DNA of 62,166 bases, filler included, from Stramenopiles sp. TOSAG23-3 (taxonomy: Eukaryota), in the NCBI GenBank assembly GCA_900128585.1. It is 6 parts of 6 records of this genome, joined end to end, with 100 filler letters (N's around TTAATTAATTAA, not from the genome) between each part and the next. Parts side by side here need not be neighbours in the genome. Positions count along the whole stretch, not along the records: positions 1 to 26,694 come from LT642270.1; positions 26,795 to 53,439 come from LT642271.1; 4 more parts are not named here. The stretch is one strand, 5' to 3'. Both the position numbers and the translations under genes were made by a program. Position 1 is the first letter of the stretch. Each line of letters starts with the position of its first letter. The notes under the pieces were generated by a model, which saw only the letters and a program-made list of their open reading frames with translations, was not told the origin of the DNA and ran no database searches. This document shows positions 22,601 to 34,805 of this stretch, piece by piece.

Positions 22601-23577
22601 AATGAACCGGGCCTCGAAAATTATCCAATATCTTGCACATCATGTCCGGTTGGAACCTTTCAGGAAAACAGCGGCGCAGAGTTCTGCAATGATTGCCCAG
22701 TTGGAACAACTTCATTAAACATGGTTGACAATAAACTAACAGCATTGGTGGGCGCCTCAAATTCTCGGCGGGATTGTACTTGCGTCAATATTGATTTTAG
22801 CCCTGACAAAAGTTCTTCATACTTTCAGAAGAAATTGAGAGCTACGGACGCCCGAAATCCAAATGAATGTTCCTGGAATTTTGGAGGAGTGGGAAACAAG
22901 GGCGGTTGTTGCTCATTGTGCCCTGAAGGTTGAAATTTCCCATCCTGCTTCGCCCAATTTCGAATAATATAACTGACCACGATCCCCATCGAAAAATTCA
23001 TACCAACCCACTTCTCGAAAGCGCTCGCGATCACTATTCGGGTCGCTGTAAATATAGTATGATTGACGGCTTATTTCGTCCCGTTCTACGCTCCAGTATG
23101 CACGAACAGTTTTTGGGAGCGCGTCGTCGTTTTCTTTTTTCACTGCAAAAGCCCTGGAAACGCCCACATGAAAAAAATATCGTTATATCTAGAGGGAGCA
23201 AGAACAAGATTTCAATAGTAAAGTGGAAAAAACCCACAGAAACTAGTCGGCTGAGCACAAACAAATTGAACTTCCTGGAAGAGAGATTATTGGAATTCGA
23301 CATAATAATGGACACTTTACGAAATACATCTGCTAACAAAGACATCGATTATCCAAACTTTTATTGCTTCAAAGATGTTGTGGCAGAAATTTTGAAAATG
23401 GGAATTTCTCATCACCTTTTAGAATTTAAAGTAGATGAGCACGCCGAAAAAATTCGAAAAGAGCTCGTACGTCGGATTTTATCAATGCCTCTTAAACGTA
23501 ACTTCGATAAGACTGATAATGTTCAAGTAAAAGTTAGTAGGGAAGAAGAGGAAGCGAAAATAAATAATAATAATTAA
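19616..23577 (+). pseudogene. Disrupted large cell-surface protein gene (signal peptide, repeated beta-domain, IPT/TIG domains, GCC2/GCC3-type Cys repeats, WW remnants)
   Basis: Three overlapping + ORFs in different frames (shifts near 20368 and 21412); IDSVQPSGG/VNPPLGP/ILPGSGP IPT starts; CPVGTFQ..C..CPVGT repeats; stop at 22933; inverted WW block; no convincing splice sites at the shifts. Confidence 0.6.
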
Positions 23578-24060
23578 AACGATAATTACATAATATTTAC
23601 AACCTGCGTACGAGGAAAGCCATACTGTAAATTTAATTATTAATAATACTGAAGAAGCAGGAGGGGAGAGTGTGGTGAGATGTGAGAGACGTTGAAGGAA
23701 CAACAGCACCCACACCGCCGTTATATCTTATCGATGCTGTGCATACATTAATAAACGAACGATCGAGGATGATTTCGAACAACATTATTTGATGCTGTAA
23801 CTATGTTATTCTTCTATCTCACCCATTTTTATTTAGGCAATAAAAATACATAGAAATAGCATTCAAGTCGTCACCACAATGTCCATTCCTTCTTTTTTTG
23901 CTGTTCGCTGTTATTTTTCTATTTTTTTCTTCCCCCTCCTCTTGTTTCTTCTTCGTTACTACAACAACACAGAGCAATAATATAAACACACACACACACA
24001 ACAGTGGAGCTCTTCTTCTTCTGCAGACTGGACCCTCTTTCGCAAACGTGACCGTTATGA

Positions 24061-24579
<519 letters not shown>

Positions 24580-24631
24580 AGATCGAAGTATAAGCAAAAT
24601 TTATATACACACCCAAAGAAAAAGAAAAAAC

Positions 24632-24649
24632 GCGTTTTCTTCAAAACGC
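24632..24649 (+). promoter_or_regulatory. Histone 3' UTR stem-loop (variant)
   Basis: GCGTTTT-CTTC-AAAACGC hairpin 52 nt after the H3 stop; A-rich 5' flank, TACACC 3' flank; 4-nt YTTC loop. Confidence 0.7.
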
Positions 24650-24835
24650 TACACCGCTTGTAAAAAAGATCTGTCTTATCCTCCCCTCAGTAACATACCA
24701 AAGAATCTCTACACTTCTACTTCGCAATGATATTTCAATTCTTCGTCTGACTCTACACTCTCTCTCGTTATTAAATAATTATGCCTGACTGATATTTCAT
24801 ACGTTAAAAGTTAATTTTTATATCTAAATTCTGTT

Positions 24836-26694
24836 TTAAAACAGAAAACGCTCGTCTACAAATGTTTTGGCATGCAAATTCTCCCTTCCGAAATGACCGC
24901 GGACATATCGAACTAATCGGTCACTAAGGTATGTAATGAACGCCGCCAAAGCTGGGTTGTTTCCGGTATCATCGCCGGCCCAAAGATCAACGACAGACCA
25001 CGTCAAAATATTAAAAAGCATCAGGTCCGTCTCCACACCAAGGAAAAGAACGCTGCTGAACAAGTTTTTGTCGTCTCCTGTTAGTATGCTCTTGTCACCA
25101 GTCTCGGGAGGCACACGGCAGCACCATTGCAAGGCTGCACTCTCTCTCCATACTCTATCGAATTCGGGGTCTGTTTGGTCAACAAAAGACTGAAGAAACG
25201 AATTCAGCCTCTTTTGGGCCTTCAGGTGCTTCACTGCGAGGGCATCCTTTTTCAAACCTGGTGCCACCCGGCTGTTCGACGTCACAGTTTCATCGTACCT
25301 GTCGCGCCATTCCTTTGACACGTTGACCTCAAAGCATGTATATTTCGGATTCTCACCCTGTTTCGGAACGCCAGGCATGGGATCCTGGACGACCAAGCTC
25401 TCCTCCATTTTCTTCAAGTCTTTCGCGATTTCTACCATGTTTGCATCCGCATGTTCGTGGGGAGACCGACAGTGCAAATAAAACCCATGGTATTTCTCAT
25501 CCATGATAAACACACTCACTTTCGCAATAGAGCACATGTCGTGGAATTGAGTTTCGGCCGGTTCGTCCACAAACCGTTCCCATACCGCCCAGTTCCAGAC
25601 TATTTGGAGAACTTCGACGACAATCCACATCCATGCAACGTTTACGAAGCGAAGAATTGGGTCTACAGGCCCGGCAGTCAAGTCACTTCCATTCGGTACA
25701 GTTGTCGCCAAGTATTGCCAGTCGCAACCTACCAGCAGAAACAAAACAATAATGATGGTAAATTCTACGTTAATCTTTCGGGCGTTTTGCATCTCGTTCC
25801 ATTCGTTTGCTACAAATATGGTCCGCCACGCGCTTATTGGAGCCTTTTTGGTTCTACCACTATCGCTGTCTTTGGTGTTTACAAGCTTTCCCCGGGTCTT
25901 CTCCCAATCCATGAAAAATACCTCCACGCTGCATTGGACCATTACTATTTCAATGACGCGCAGTAGCTGACCAACGAAACACAACACGAGCAATGTTCGA
26001 AAGGGATAATAATCGTTCTTGGTCAACCATTGTGGACGATCGACGGGTAGCATGATGAACAGATCATTTTGTGCTTTGAAAGGTAAATATAAACCAACAA
26101 AGCAAAGGGTAAACAAGAAGATGAACATCGTGTAAGAGAAAGAAGACATGATCCAGGAAATAACCCGGAACATCATTTTGCCGTCAGTTTCTGCTTCTGC
26201 GCCAGGTCGTGAGTTCATCCTCATGACGCCCACAAATCGGACAAGGATCATCATAACACTTGCCGTACAGGAGAGCGCGAAGAACACTTCAAATGTACTC
26301 ATTAACTCCTCCGTATCTTGCGTGTACACGGCCTCAAACATTACCTTTGAGGTCTTCTTTGAACCTTCAAACCCTGTCTTACTGTCCAACGCCACGGCCT
26401 TGTAGTGGATGGTCAGCACAGGCGGATATGTCTTCCCTAGTTTTGTGACATCCCCCCCCGTTGTGATCATTTTGGTTTCCAGAGATATCTTGTCCGCGAA
26501 CCGAAGAACCTTTGGGGCACCATTTAATGTTTCGACCGCACTGAGAGGATCGTAAAGAAAAAAGCGACGCACAAACTTGTCGTCCGTTAGGCCAGCAGCA
26601 TTTTCATTGATGTTCGGAGTCTGCGACTTGTCGTCGACATAATTTACAATCTTTACGGGGATGGGGAACAGTTTGTCCGCCTCTGCCGTACTAG
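24836..26694 (-). CDS. TMEM67: Meckelin (TMEM67/MKS3), 5'-partial at contig end
   Basis: VRRFFLYD, FFMDWEK, ISAWRTIFVANEWNEMQ, GFYLHCRSPHEHAD, NLHAKTFVDERFL; frame open to the gap. Confidence 0.95.
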
Positions 26695-26794
26695 NNNNNN
26701 NNNNNNNNNNNNNNNNNNNNNNNNNNNNNNNNNNNNNNTTAATTAATTAANNNNNNNNNNNNNNNNNNNNNNNNNNNNNNNNNNNNNNNNNNNN
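26695..26794. other. Artificial contig-joining spacer (also 53440-53539, 55622-55721, 57804-57903, 59986-60085)
   Basis: N44-TTAATTAATTAA-N44, which has stops in all six frames; identical at five places; truncates genes. Confidence 0.95.
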
Positions 26795-26927
26795 CTTCTT
26801 CTTCTTCTTCTTCTTCTTTCTTCTTCTTCTTCTTCTTCTTCTTTCTTCTTTCTTCTTCTTCTTCTTTCTTCTTCTTCTTCTTCTTCTTCTTCTTCTTCTT
26901 CTTCTTCTTCTTCTTTCTTCTTCTTCT
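26795..26927. repeat. (CTT)n microsatellite
   Basis: Imperfect CTT run. Confidence 0.95.
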
Positions 26928-27350
26928 ATTATATTAATAATAAATAGGTAAAATATGAAGTTAATACTAAAAACAGAAAGAAAGTACGAAAAAAAAAAAA
27001 AAGACAATTTCAATAGGAAATATAAATAGGAAATATAAATAGAGATTACTTAGAATAAAAACAAGTATAAATACAAAATGAGGAAAGAAGAGAGAAGAGA
27101 TCATTTTTACTTTCCTTTCTTTCTTTCTTTCTTTTTTATTTATTATAAATAATAATATTTTTATTATTCATATATCTGAAAATCATTTCCTTTTTTTTCT
27201 TTAATAGTCCTACTACTTGGTGCTTAGCCTCTTTCTTCCTTTGTTCTTCCCACTCCTCGTTACCACCCACTGAATATGGATATTTTAGTCGTTCTAATTC
27301 TATAGTACGTAGTAGGAATAGGAATAGGAAGGAAGGAAGGAGGTAGAGCT

Positions 27351-27566
27351 GGACAAAATAATCATATCTCCTATAATTAAGGATATGTATCTATATTATT
27401 ATATATACTGTGTATATGTAAAAGAGGTATATTTTATCACTTTTTTATTCTATTTATATATTAAATGATTTCATCTAAATCCCTACATCTAATATTGCCT
27501 TATCATTCCTAAGGATCTCATACCGTTCTCTCTATTAACATATCCTTAATTATGACTTTTTCGTCC
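27351..27566. repeat. Inverted-repeat-bounded ~215-bp segment (MITE-like)
   Basis: ATAATTAAGGATATGT (27373-27388) and its perfect reverse complement (27538-27553), extending imperfectly to GGAC/GTCC. Confidence 0.45.
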
Positions 27567-27885
27567 ATTCCTTGCAGAGTAGAGTGTCTGAGTTGCCTTC
27601 GTTGCTTCGTTGCTCGTTGCCTCCTCTGTCTATATAATTATTAAAAAAATGTGTCGTCTTCTTTCTTCTTCTTCTTCTTCTCTCGCTCTTCTTTTTGGTT
27701 GGTTGTTTTAATTAAAGTGCTGATTGCATTTTGTATTCATAGTATCGATTTTTATTAGGTAAAAGGGAGAGAAAGAGGGATCGCAGCAAAAGAAACGAAC
27801 GGAAACGTTGGAAGAATCAATTATCACCCCTATCCCATCCCACCCCTACTAATATACTAATACTACCCTGCAGAACGAACAAACA

Positions 27886-28855
27886 ATGATCGTAGAATTC
27901 CGTATTCCAATGCCCATGAAAGTGGAGGAGTTCGACCGAGGTTGGTTGTATATGGTCGCGGTAGCCAGTGAGGAAGGTACAAAAACTGGGGACGGCGGGG
28001 TTGTAGTTTTGAAGAATGAGGCGTATGATAATACTGACGGTCATCTTGGGGTATCGGAAATTTCAGGGAACGTCATTCCAAAAAATAAAGGCCAGTACAC
28101 CCTGAAGCAATACTTTCTTGGAAGTCGAGTGCCAACGTGGTTGACCTATGTGCTGCCGGGGGACTTGTTCTTTCTCTACGAGGAAGCTTGGAATGCTTTC
28201 CCCGATTGCATTACCATCCTCACCTCGAAGTTCATGTCGAACAAAAAGGCTAGAATTTCTGTTCGAACGCTTTTTTTTGACGAGGACAGCGGAGTCAAAG
28301 AAAATGCCCATAACCTGACGGCGTCCGAGCTTGCCGAACGAAAGGTGTTCAACCTAAATATCGCCGAACAGGACCAAACGGACAAAGAGTGTAAGTACAT
28401 CTTTATAACCCCCCCGTCCTCTTCCCCCCCAATCTCGCATTCAATCAATCGACTCACAAAACCAATTCAAATTCATCCCATCCTTAGACCAAAAAGAGTA
28501 TGACCCTGCATTATGCAAGTCTGAAAAGTCGGGGCGAGGCCCTCTGGCGAAAGATTGGGTGGAAAAATCCGAACCGCCAGTTATGTGCTGCTACAAACTA
28601 GTCCGTGTCGATTTCAAGGTATGGGGCCTTCAGGGGAAAACAGAGAATCTAGTAGCACAAAGTCAGAAAAAATTATTTTTGAAAACGCATGGCCAGGTAT
28701 TTGCACAGCTGGACAATTATTTTGACATGAAGATGTCCGATATTCGAGAAATGGAAGACAATGCACAGAAACAATTGCAAGATATGAAAGACGCCGCCGA
28801 GAAGGCAAAAGCAGCAGCAGCGGACGACGCGAAAAAACCTGCCGCGAAGAGCTAA
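27886..28855 (+). CDS. Phosphatidylinositol transfer protein (PITP); intron 28391-28487 (97 nt)
   Basis: MIVEFRIPMPMKVEEF, GQYTLKQY, EEAWNAFP; splicing GTAAGT..TTAG gives DKEYQKEYDP..SEKSGRGPL..MCCYKLV..WGLQGKTE. Confidence 0.93.
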
Positions 28856-29179
28856 AAAATACCCGGAGAAGGAGGTGCGTTTACACAAATGTTATTCACG
28901 GCAGGTTGATCTCCCAAACGCCGTTGCCGTGGGCATTTTGTTTTTAATTTTTACACAAAGATAAATTAAAGATGCTCTTTTACATATCGTAAGTTATGAA
29001 TTATCGTAATTTTCTCATTCAGAGATGAGCGCGCGCAAGTAAAACTACTGTACATTACGACAAGCATGAAGTCAAATACGTATAATATGGAAAACTAATA
29101 ATAAATGAATAATTTAACTGTTTGGGGGTGGGGATGAGTCCACAATTTTTTCGAAACTTGAACCAGTTTGTGCGCACAC

Positions 29180-29809
29180 TTATGTCGTTTTCATCATTCG
29201 GTTGACCAACCTCAAATCTTCCCGTGATACTGGCTTGGAAAAAATTATATTGTAACTCCTTGCACCTTCTTTCCTTGTCCCCCTGCGCGTCTCTACGTCA
29301 CACTCAACCCAACTCTCAAAATCGTAACCGCCAATCAACACCCACTCCTGAAAGAGTGGCTTCACGTCCTTTTGCGATACGTCCGTAAACAGTTTGTACT
29401 CTTTCTCATCGCTGGGAGCAGTCATGTTTCTTTCGTTAATTTTCTCTATTCGTCTTGCCAATAGTGCGGAAAGGCCTTGAATTTGGTAAAACTGCGCCTC
29501 CTCCAGAATTTCTGTAAGGGTTTCTGGGACTTCTGTATAGACCTTCTTGCCCGTGTTGCCACACCCTCTCAAATAATTTAATATATGCCGAAAATGAGTA
29601 GGATCTCTATCTATGAAGTAACACGCTTTCCCATTGGAATCTATATCAGCTCGAAAATTCTTGCTTAACATAGCAGAAAAATAGGTGGTTGGCTCAGAAA
29701 GAAGAGTCCCCCTACTGGTCAAGAATACGGTCCCCCCCACGTTCAACTGAACGATATTCTTGTTTCCTAACACATGCTCTTCTCGCTTCTGTTCTGTAAT
29801 TTGTGACAT
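29180..29809 (-). CDS. BTB/POZ (KCTD/T1-type) domain protein
   Basis: VQLNVGGTVFLTSRGTL, YFIDRDPTHFRHILNYLR, EEAQFYQI; likely ATG 29809. Confidence 0.88.
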   Translation of the reverse strand: MSQITEQKREEHVLGNKNIVQLNVGGTVFLTSRGTLLSEPTTYFSAMLSKNFRADIDSNGKACYFIDRDPTHFRHILNYLRGCGNTGKKVYTEVPETLTEILEEAQFYQIQGLSALLARRIEKINERNMTAPSDEKEYKLFTDVSQKDVKPLFQEWVLIGGYDFESWVECDVETRRGTRKEGARSYNIIFSKPVSREDLRLVNRMMKTT

Positions 29810-30002
29810 AAGTGACGGTCTCAATTTTTCTATCCAAATTGCAGTGACTAAACAACTCACTTCTCCTTTTTTTCCTTCCCCTTCCCCGTAGCAGGCATAA
29901 ACATACGACCTAAGCATCAATCCAATAATTTCAATTGTACCTACACCTATGCTTTCCAACAAACTCAAAACAAGAGACGACGACGAGGAGACTTCATTTT
30001 TT

Positions 30003-30290
30003 TGTTCTTCTTCTTCTTTGTTCTTCTTCTTCTTTGTTCTTCTTCTTCTTTGTTCTTGTTGTTGTTCTTCTTCTTTCTTCTCTTCTTTTTCTTCTCTTCT
30101 TTCTTCTTCTTCTTCTTCTTCTTCTTCTTCTTCTTCTTCTTCTTCTTCTTCTTCTTCTTCTTCTTCTTCTTTCTTCTTCTTCTTCTTCTTCTTCTTACTT
30201 CTTCTTCTTCTTCTTACTTCTTCTTCTCTCTTTTCTTCTTCTTTTTCTATCTTCTCTTCTCTCTATTATTCTTCTCCTCTCTTCTTCAGA
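30003..30290. repeat. (CTT)n microsatellite tract
   Basis: Long CTT run with interruptions. Confidence 0.95.
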
Positions 30291-30707
30291 ATATATTAAT
30301 ATCGGATTACCATATTATTATACGAAGAAGAAGAACATCATTTTTTTTTTTATTTTTCATTTTTTTAATTTTTTTTACATACACCATACAACATCATCAT
30401 CATCACTTTCTTTCTTCTTTTTTTTTCTTTCTTTTTTTTCTTTCTTCTTTCTTCTTTTTTTTTTTTCTTCTTTTTTTTTAATTACACTTTTTTTTGTGTT
30501 GGTAAAATATATAAATATGAACTCCAGGATCACCTAGAGTAATAACGAACGGTAAGAAACCTCCACCCCTTTTCTGAATTGCTCAAGTTCAAGAGAGCGA
30601 TTCCTTCGCACGCACCTAGTTGCACAAGCAAGCCCTTGCCGTTTGTTTGCTTAGAAGTTCGGTCCAAACAGTCCAGTTGTTGTTACCCGTTGGAATTTTG
30701 GAATAAA

Positions 30708-31571
30708 ATGAAAAAGTTTCTGAGGGTAGCGCTTTTCGTTTTTGTCTGTGTATACACTTTTGATCCTGTGCAAGTTGCCGGTCGGAAGCCAAAGCGAACT
30801 ACTTTTGGATCCAAGAGCAGAGTGAAGGAACTAACGGACGCACTTTTCCCGGGGAAGAATGCAAAGTTCGTATGGCTGATCAATTTTTACAAGTCGTCGT
30901 ACTGCAGAAAGTGCGTTGCCTTCCAGTCTTTGTATGCCCGCGTTGGTAAATTTATAGGCTCCAAGAAAACAAACCTCAAAGTAGGTGCCATTGACTGCTC
31001 AAAGTACAAGCGCAGGTGTGCCGAGCATGGCGCCGTCGACGGCGAAGCCTTCCCCCAGCTAAAAGTTCTGCGGGGGGGAACTGCACACGAGTACAGCGGG
31101 GAGACCGTGTTTTCAGACGTCGTTCGTTACGCCGTTTCTTTTTCAAACACCCCAGACTTAAAAGTGGAAAGTGCTCCCAAAAAAAAGGCTGCTGTGCCCG
31201 ACAAAGGAAAACGTTGCAAAAAGGGAAGCGGGATATATCAATCGTTTACAAAGGTAAAAAACTTGTGCTTTTCTCATTTTCCAGGGCCATCGTCGAAACA
31301 CGTATGGCTGATCAAGTTTTACAGTTCTTATGATGGGCTGTCACGTAAGGTAAAAAACGAAGTTTGGGCGGGGCTCAAGACACGTAATAATGCAATTAAA
31401 GTGGGGGCTATTGACTGTTCTTATCAAAAAAATGGTGAGGTCTGCAACAAGTATGGAATCTCGGAGTACCCAACGATTAAATTAGTGAATAAGGACACAA
31501 CGGAAAGCTTTAATGGAAACATATTGAGCAGCCAAGAGATTGCAAACTGGGTTGATGGTTTTGAACTGTAA
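30708..31571 (+). CDS. Secreted/ER protein with two thioredoxin (PDI-like) domains
   Basis: Signal peptide MKKFLRVALFVFVCV; WLINFY..CRKC..VGAIDC..FPQLK; second domain WLIKFY..VGAIDC..YPTIK lacks CxxC. Confidence 0.85.
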   Translation: MKKFLRVALFVFVCVYTFDPVQVAGRKPKRTTFGSKSRVKELTDALFPGKNAKFVWLINFYKSSYCRKCVAFQSLYARVGKFIGSKKTNLKVGAIDCSKYKRRCAEHGAVDGEAFPQLKVLRGGTAHEYSGETVFSDVVRYAVSFSNTPDLKVESAPKKKAAVPDKGKRCKKGSGIYQSFTKVKNLCFSHFPGPSSKHVWLIKFYSSYDGLSRKVKNEVWAGLKTRNNAIKVGAIDCSYQKNGEVCNKYGISEYPTIKLVNKDTTESFNGNILSSQEIANWVDGFEL

Positions 31572-31706
31572 AAATGAAGACTCTGCTAATAAGCATGAAA
31601 CGTGTCTATATGTTAGTAACATACGAATTACACTCTCACGAATACAATTTTAAATATTAATTCTTAGGAATTTTTATCGAACAATTCGAATTCTACAGAC
31701 ACTCTT

Positions 31707-33767
31707 TTATTCTTTAGAAAACGTACTCTTGCTGTTCTGCGACTGCAGCAAAGCTGCTCGGGTTCGTGCCAATACGCGATCGAAGTCTGACTTCCAATCT
31801 TCTGATCCAAAGCCATCCGCACTGTAGTTACGCTTGGTGCTATCTTCCAAAGGGCTGCTCATTTCCTCCGTCATGCTTTGCTCTACAGCATTATCTATGT
31901 CTGTCCTCAGCGATAAACGAAAACTAGGCGTACCAAAGTTGTCGGGAGGCTCGTTTACACCCAGAGCGTCTACCACCATTGGGGTACTGGGATAAGCCAT
32001 CGACTCGTTCAAGCGCGGAATCAACGGTTTTTTGCTGTGCGATTGGCGCGTTTTCCTCCGGGGGCGCGAGTAAGTGCTTGCATTTCCCCCTGATTTTGAG
32101 ACATTTGAGCTTCTATAAAAAGAGGACCTTGTTTGCCTCATGTAACGAGGCACTGCAGGGCTATTCTTGGGTTCTATTGGCTCCTCCATCGATTTTTCAA
32201 CACTCTGTCGAGGCATCACGTCGCGCTGAACGTTTTCGCGGACCGGCGAAGGGTGGACTTCATCCTTTGCTTCCCTTGGGCTGTTCCACGCAATGTTTGG
32301 CGAGCGTTTGTTCAGCCGAAAATTTTGAACTTTGGTTCTGGGACTGGGCGTCGTTGCAGTTTCCCACAAACGATTTGCCGCATCAGACAAAATTCTTGAC
32401 GCTGTGATAATTTCAGACTCGGTCGTATATTTTCCAACACTGAGCCGCAGTGTTCCACGCGCGTAGTCGTAGCTAATCCCCATCTCCACCAGCACCTGGC
32501 TTATCACCTCCCGGCTGGAGTGGCTGTGGCAGGCAGCGGAGGCACTGCACGCCAGCCGGCCTTTGATCTGTTGCATCAGTTCAAACGCCGGTATTCCTGC
32601 AAAGGCGACGGATAGAGTGTTGGGCAGCCTGGCCCATTCGAAGTCATTGCAGGTCCCAGGTGCTTTCAGATCGCCACCGATGTTGTTGATGGGGCCATTC
32701 ATTCGCACCGTTCCGACACACCGAGATCTCAACTGGTGAAGCAAACTTCTCGTTAGCCTTTCGTACCTGGCCGAGCTTGCCGCGCACAAGTGCTTGCGCG
32801 TAACCAGTTCTGCCCCAGCCCCAATTCCTGCGATAAGCGCGACGTTTTCGGTACCAGGACGGCGCCCCTTTTCTTGCCCTCCGCCATAAAAAAAATTGGG
32901 CAAGTCGATACCTAGCCGTTCCGACAAGTTGTGCTTCATGTACAGCGCCCCGATCCCTTTCGGCGCGTAGAACTTGTGAGCGGCGATCGTCAGAAGGTCG
33001 ACGCCAAGGTCTTCTACGCCCACGGGGATTTTCCCAAGGGACTGGGACGCGTCCGTGTGAAATATAGGCCGCATGTTGGACGGAAACGCCTCTTTAAGGG
33101 CTTGAGAGATCTTGCTGATGGGTTGGACGGTCCCAATTTCATTGTTTGCATGCATAATCGTAATCAGACAGGTCTCCGACACAACTGCAGACATAATGTC
33201 TTGCACCGAAACGCAGCATTTGTTGTCGACCGGGACAATACTCAGGCTGCAGAACCCTATCTTCTGGAGGTGTTTGCAAATGTTCAGAACGCAGGGGTGC
33301 TCTACCGCGCTAGTGATAACGTGGGGTAGGGGAGGAACATTGCTGGACATTCGTGCCAAAGTCTCCCGTTTCGCCAGAGCGGCCTCCACAACCCCTCTGA
33401 TAGCCCAGTTGGCCGACTCCGTCCCGCCTGCACGGAAAGAAGAAACAAAAAAAAATGGCAAAAAGGTTAGCTCACCCTACTCGTAATTTTTGAAATTTGA
33501 AAGACTATACTTACCCGAAGTGAATATTACCTCGTCCCCACCGTGCTGGACTCCTATGGCGTCCTTCATTTTCGCTCGAGAAATACCCACGGACGTTTTC
33601 GGTGCTTGCCCGAAGAAGTGAGTGGAGGACGGGTTCCCCCACACCGTTTCTAAGTGTGGCTTTATCGCATCGAACACCACCGGATCGACAGGAGTCGTCG
33701 CATTGTAATCTAAGTAAATGGGGGAACCAACTGGGAACACTGGAAAATTTTTATACCGTTGCGACAT
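31707..33767 (-). CDS. SCLY: Selenocysteine lyase / group I cysteine desulfurase (PLP-dependent); intron 33428-33514 (87 nt)
   Basis: IYLDYNATTP, WGNPSS, spliced IFTSGGTESAN, HTDASQSLGK, AAHKFYAPKG, RPGTEN, SASAACHS. Confidence 0.82.
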
Positions 33768-34805
33768 CTTTCCAGCTTCAGGAGTCCTCCTAGACGTTAC
33801 AGCCTGCCAACCGATTAATTATTTTCGCTAGTCCACCGGCTCGCTCCTCTGCTCCAACGTAAACGTATTCTCTAAGCACGAAACGACCGTATGTTTCAAC
33901 TACTGTATCGTTTTGTCTCTAGTTTACAGGAAGAGTTCGTTTCTTTGTCTCAAGTAAATGCAATGATATGATGTCAAGTAGAATGTTGTGTTCTTCTGCC
34001 TTCTTTAAACAAAAAATTAAATGAAAACACAAAAGCTTTAAAGTGAATATTTTGAAGTGGATATTATTACCTTCTTCGTATATATTCATGAATAGTAATA
34101 ATAATAATAATATTATAATAATTATTATTAGAATTAAATATTATTATAATAAAATTTTAATTATTTTTTTAGAGAAAAAAAAAAAGAAGAAACTAAAAGA
34201 AGAAGATCTTTTTTAAAAAATTATTGTATTTGTAATTTATTAACCTATATACATTGGTATACTGATGTGAGAAGAAATGAGATAATAAAATCAAAGAAGA
34301 GAAGAAGAAGAAGAAGAAGAAGAAGAAGAAGGCAAGGCTCCTCTCCTCCTCTTCCTGATGATGAAGAAGAAAAGAGAAAAGAAGAAAGAAGACAACAATG
34401 AGTGAGAAGACAAAAAAATGTTGTTTAATATTTTGGGGAAACGTATCTCTATTGAATATATACTGGTTTAATTTTGATTAGGAATAGTTTAATAAAACAA
34501 GAAGAGAAAAGAATATGTATGATCATTATAATTCTTTTCTGCACTTTTTACACGCGGTAGGAATTCTATGTTCTGATAGGATATTGTTATTAGACGTCTA
34601 ATTTGGGGTGGATTGAATCGTATACATAAGACGAAAAAACTTATTCAAAAAGAAGCATGAACGTATCGTAACTTCGTGGTGTTCGCGAAAACTTTTAGTG
34701 AATTTAACGCATTAGCCAGGAATGGTTTGCTTTGTTTTGGACCAAAATATTCGTTGCTAATATTTTTATCGCTTTCCAGCGCGTTCTTTTGTTGGTGAAA
34801 GAAGG

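Noticed and set aside
26739-26750. TTAATTAATTAA palindrome repeated five times
   Set aside because: Always centred in 44+44 Ns; an artificial six-frame-stop linker
29935-30537. Poly-Leu/Ser/Phe ORFs (also 145-471, 26747-27013, 43661-44077)
   Set aside because: Stop-free translations of (CTT)n and other low-complexity tracts
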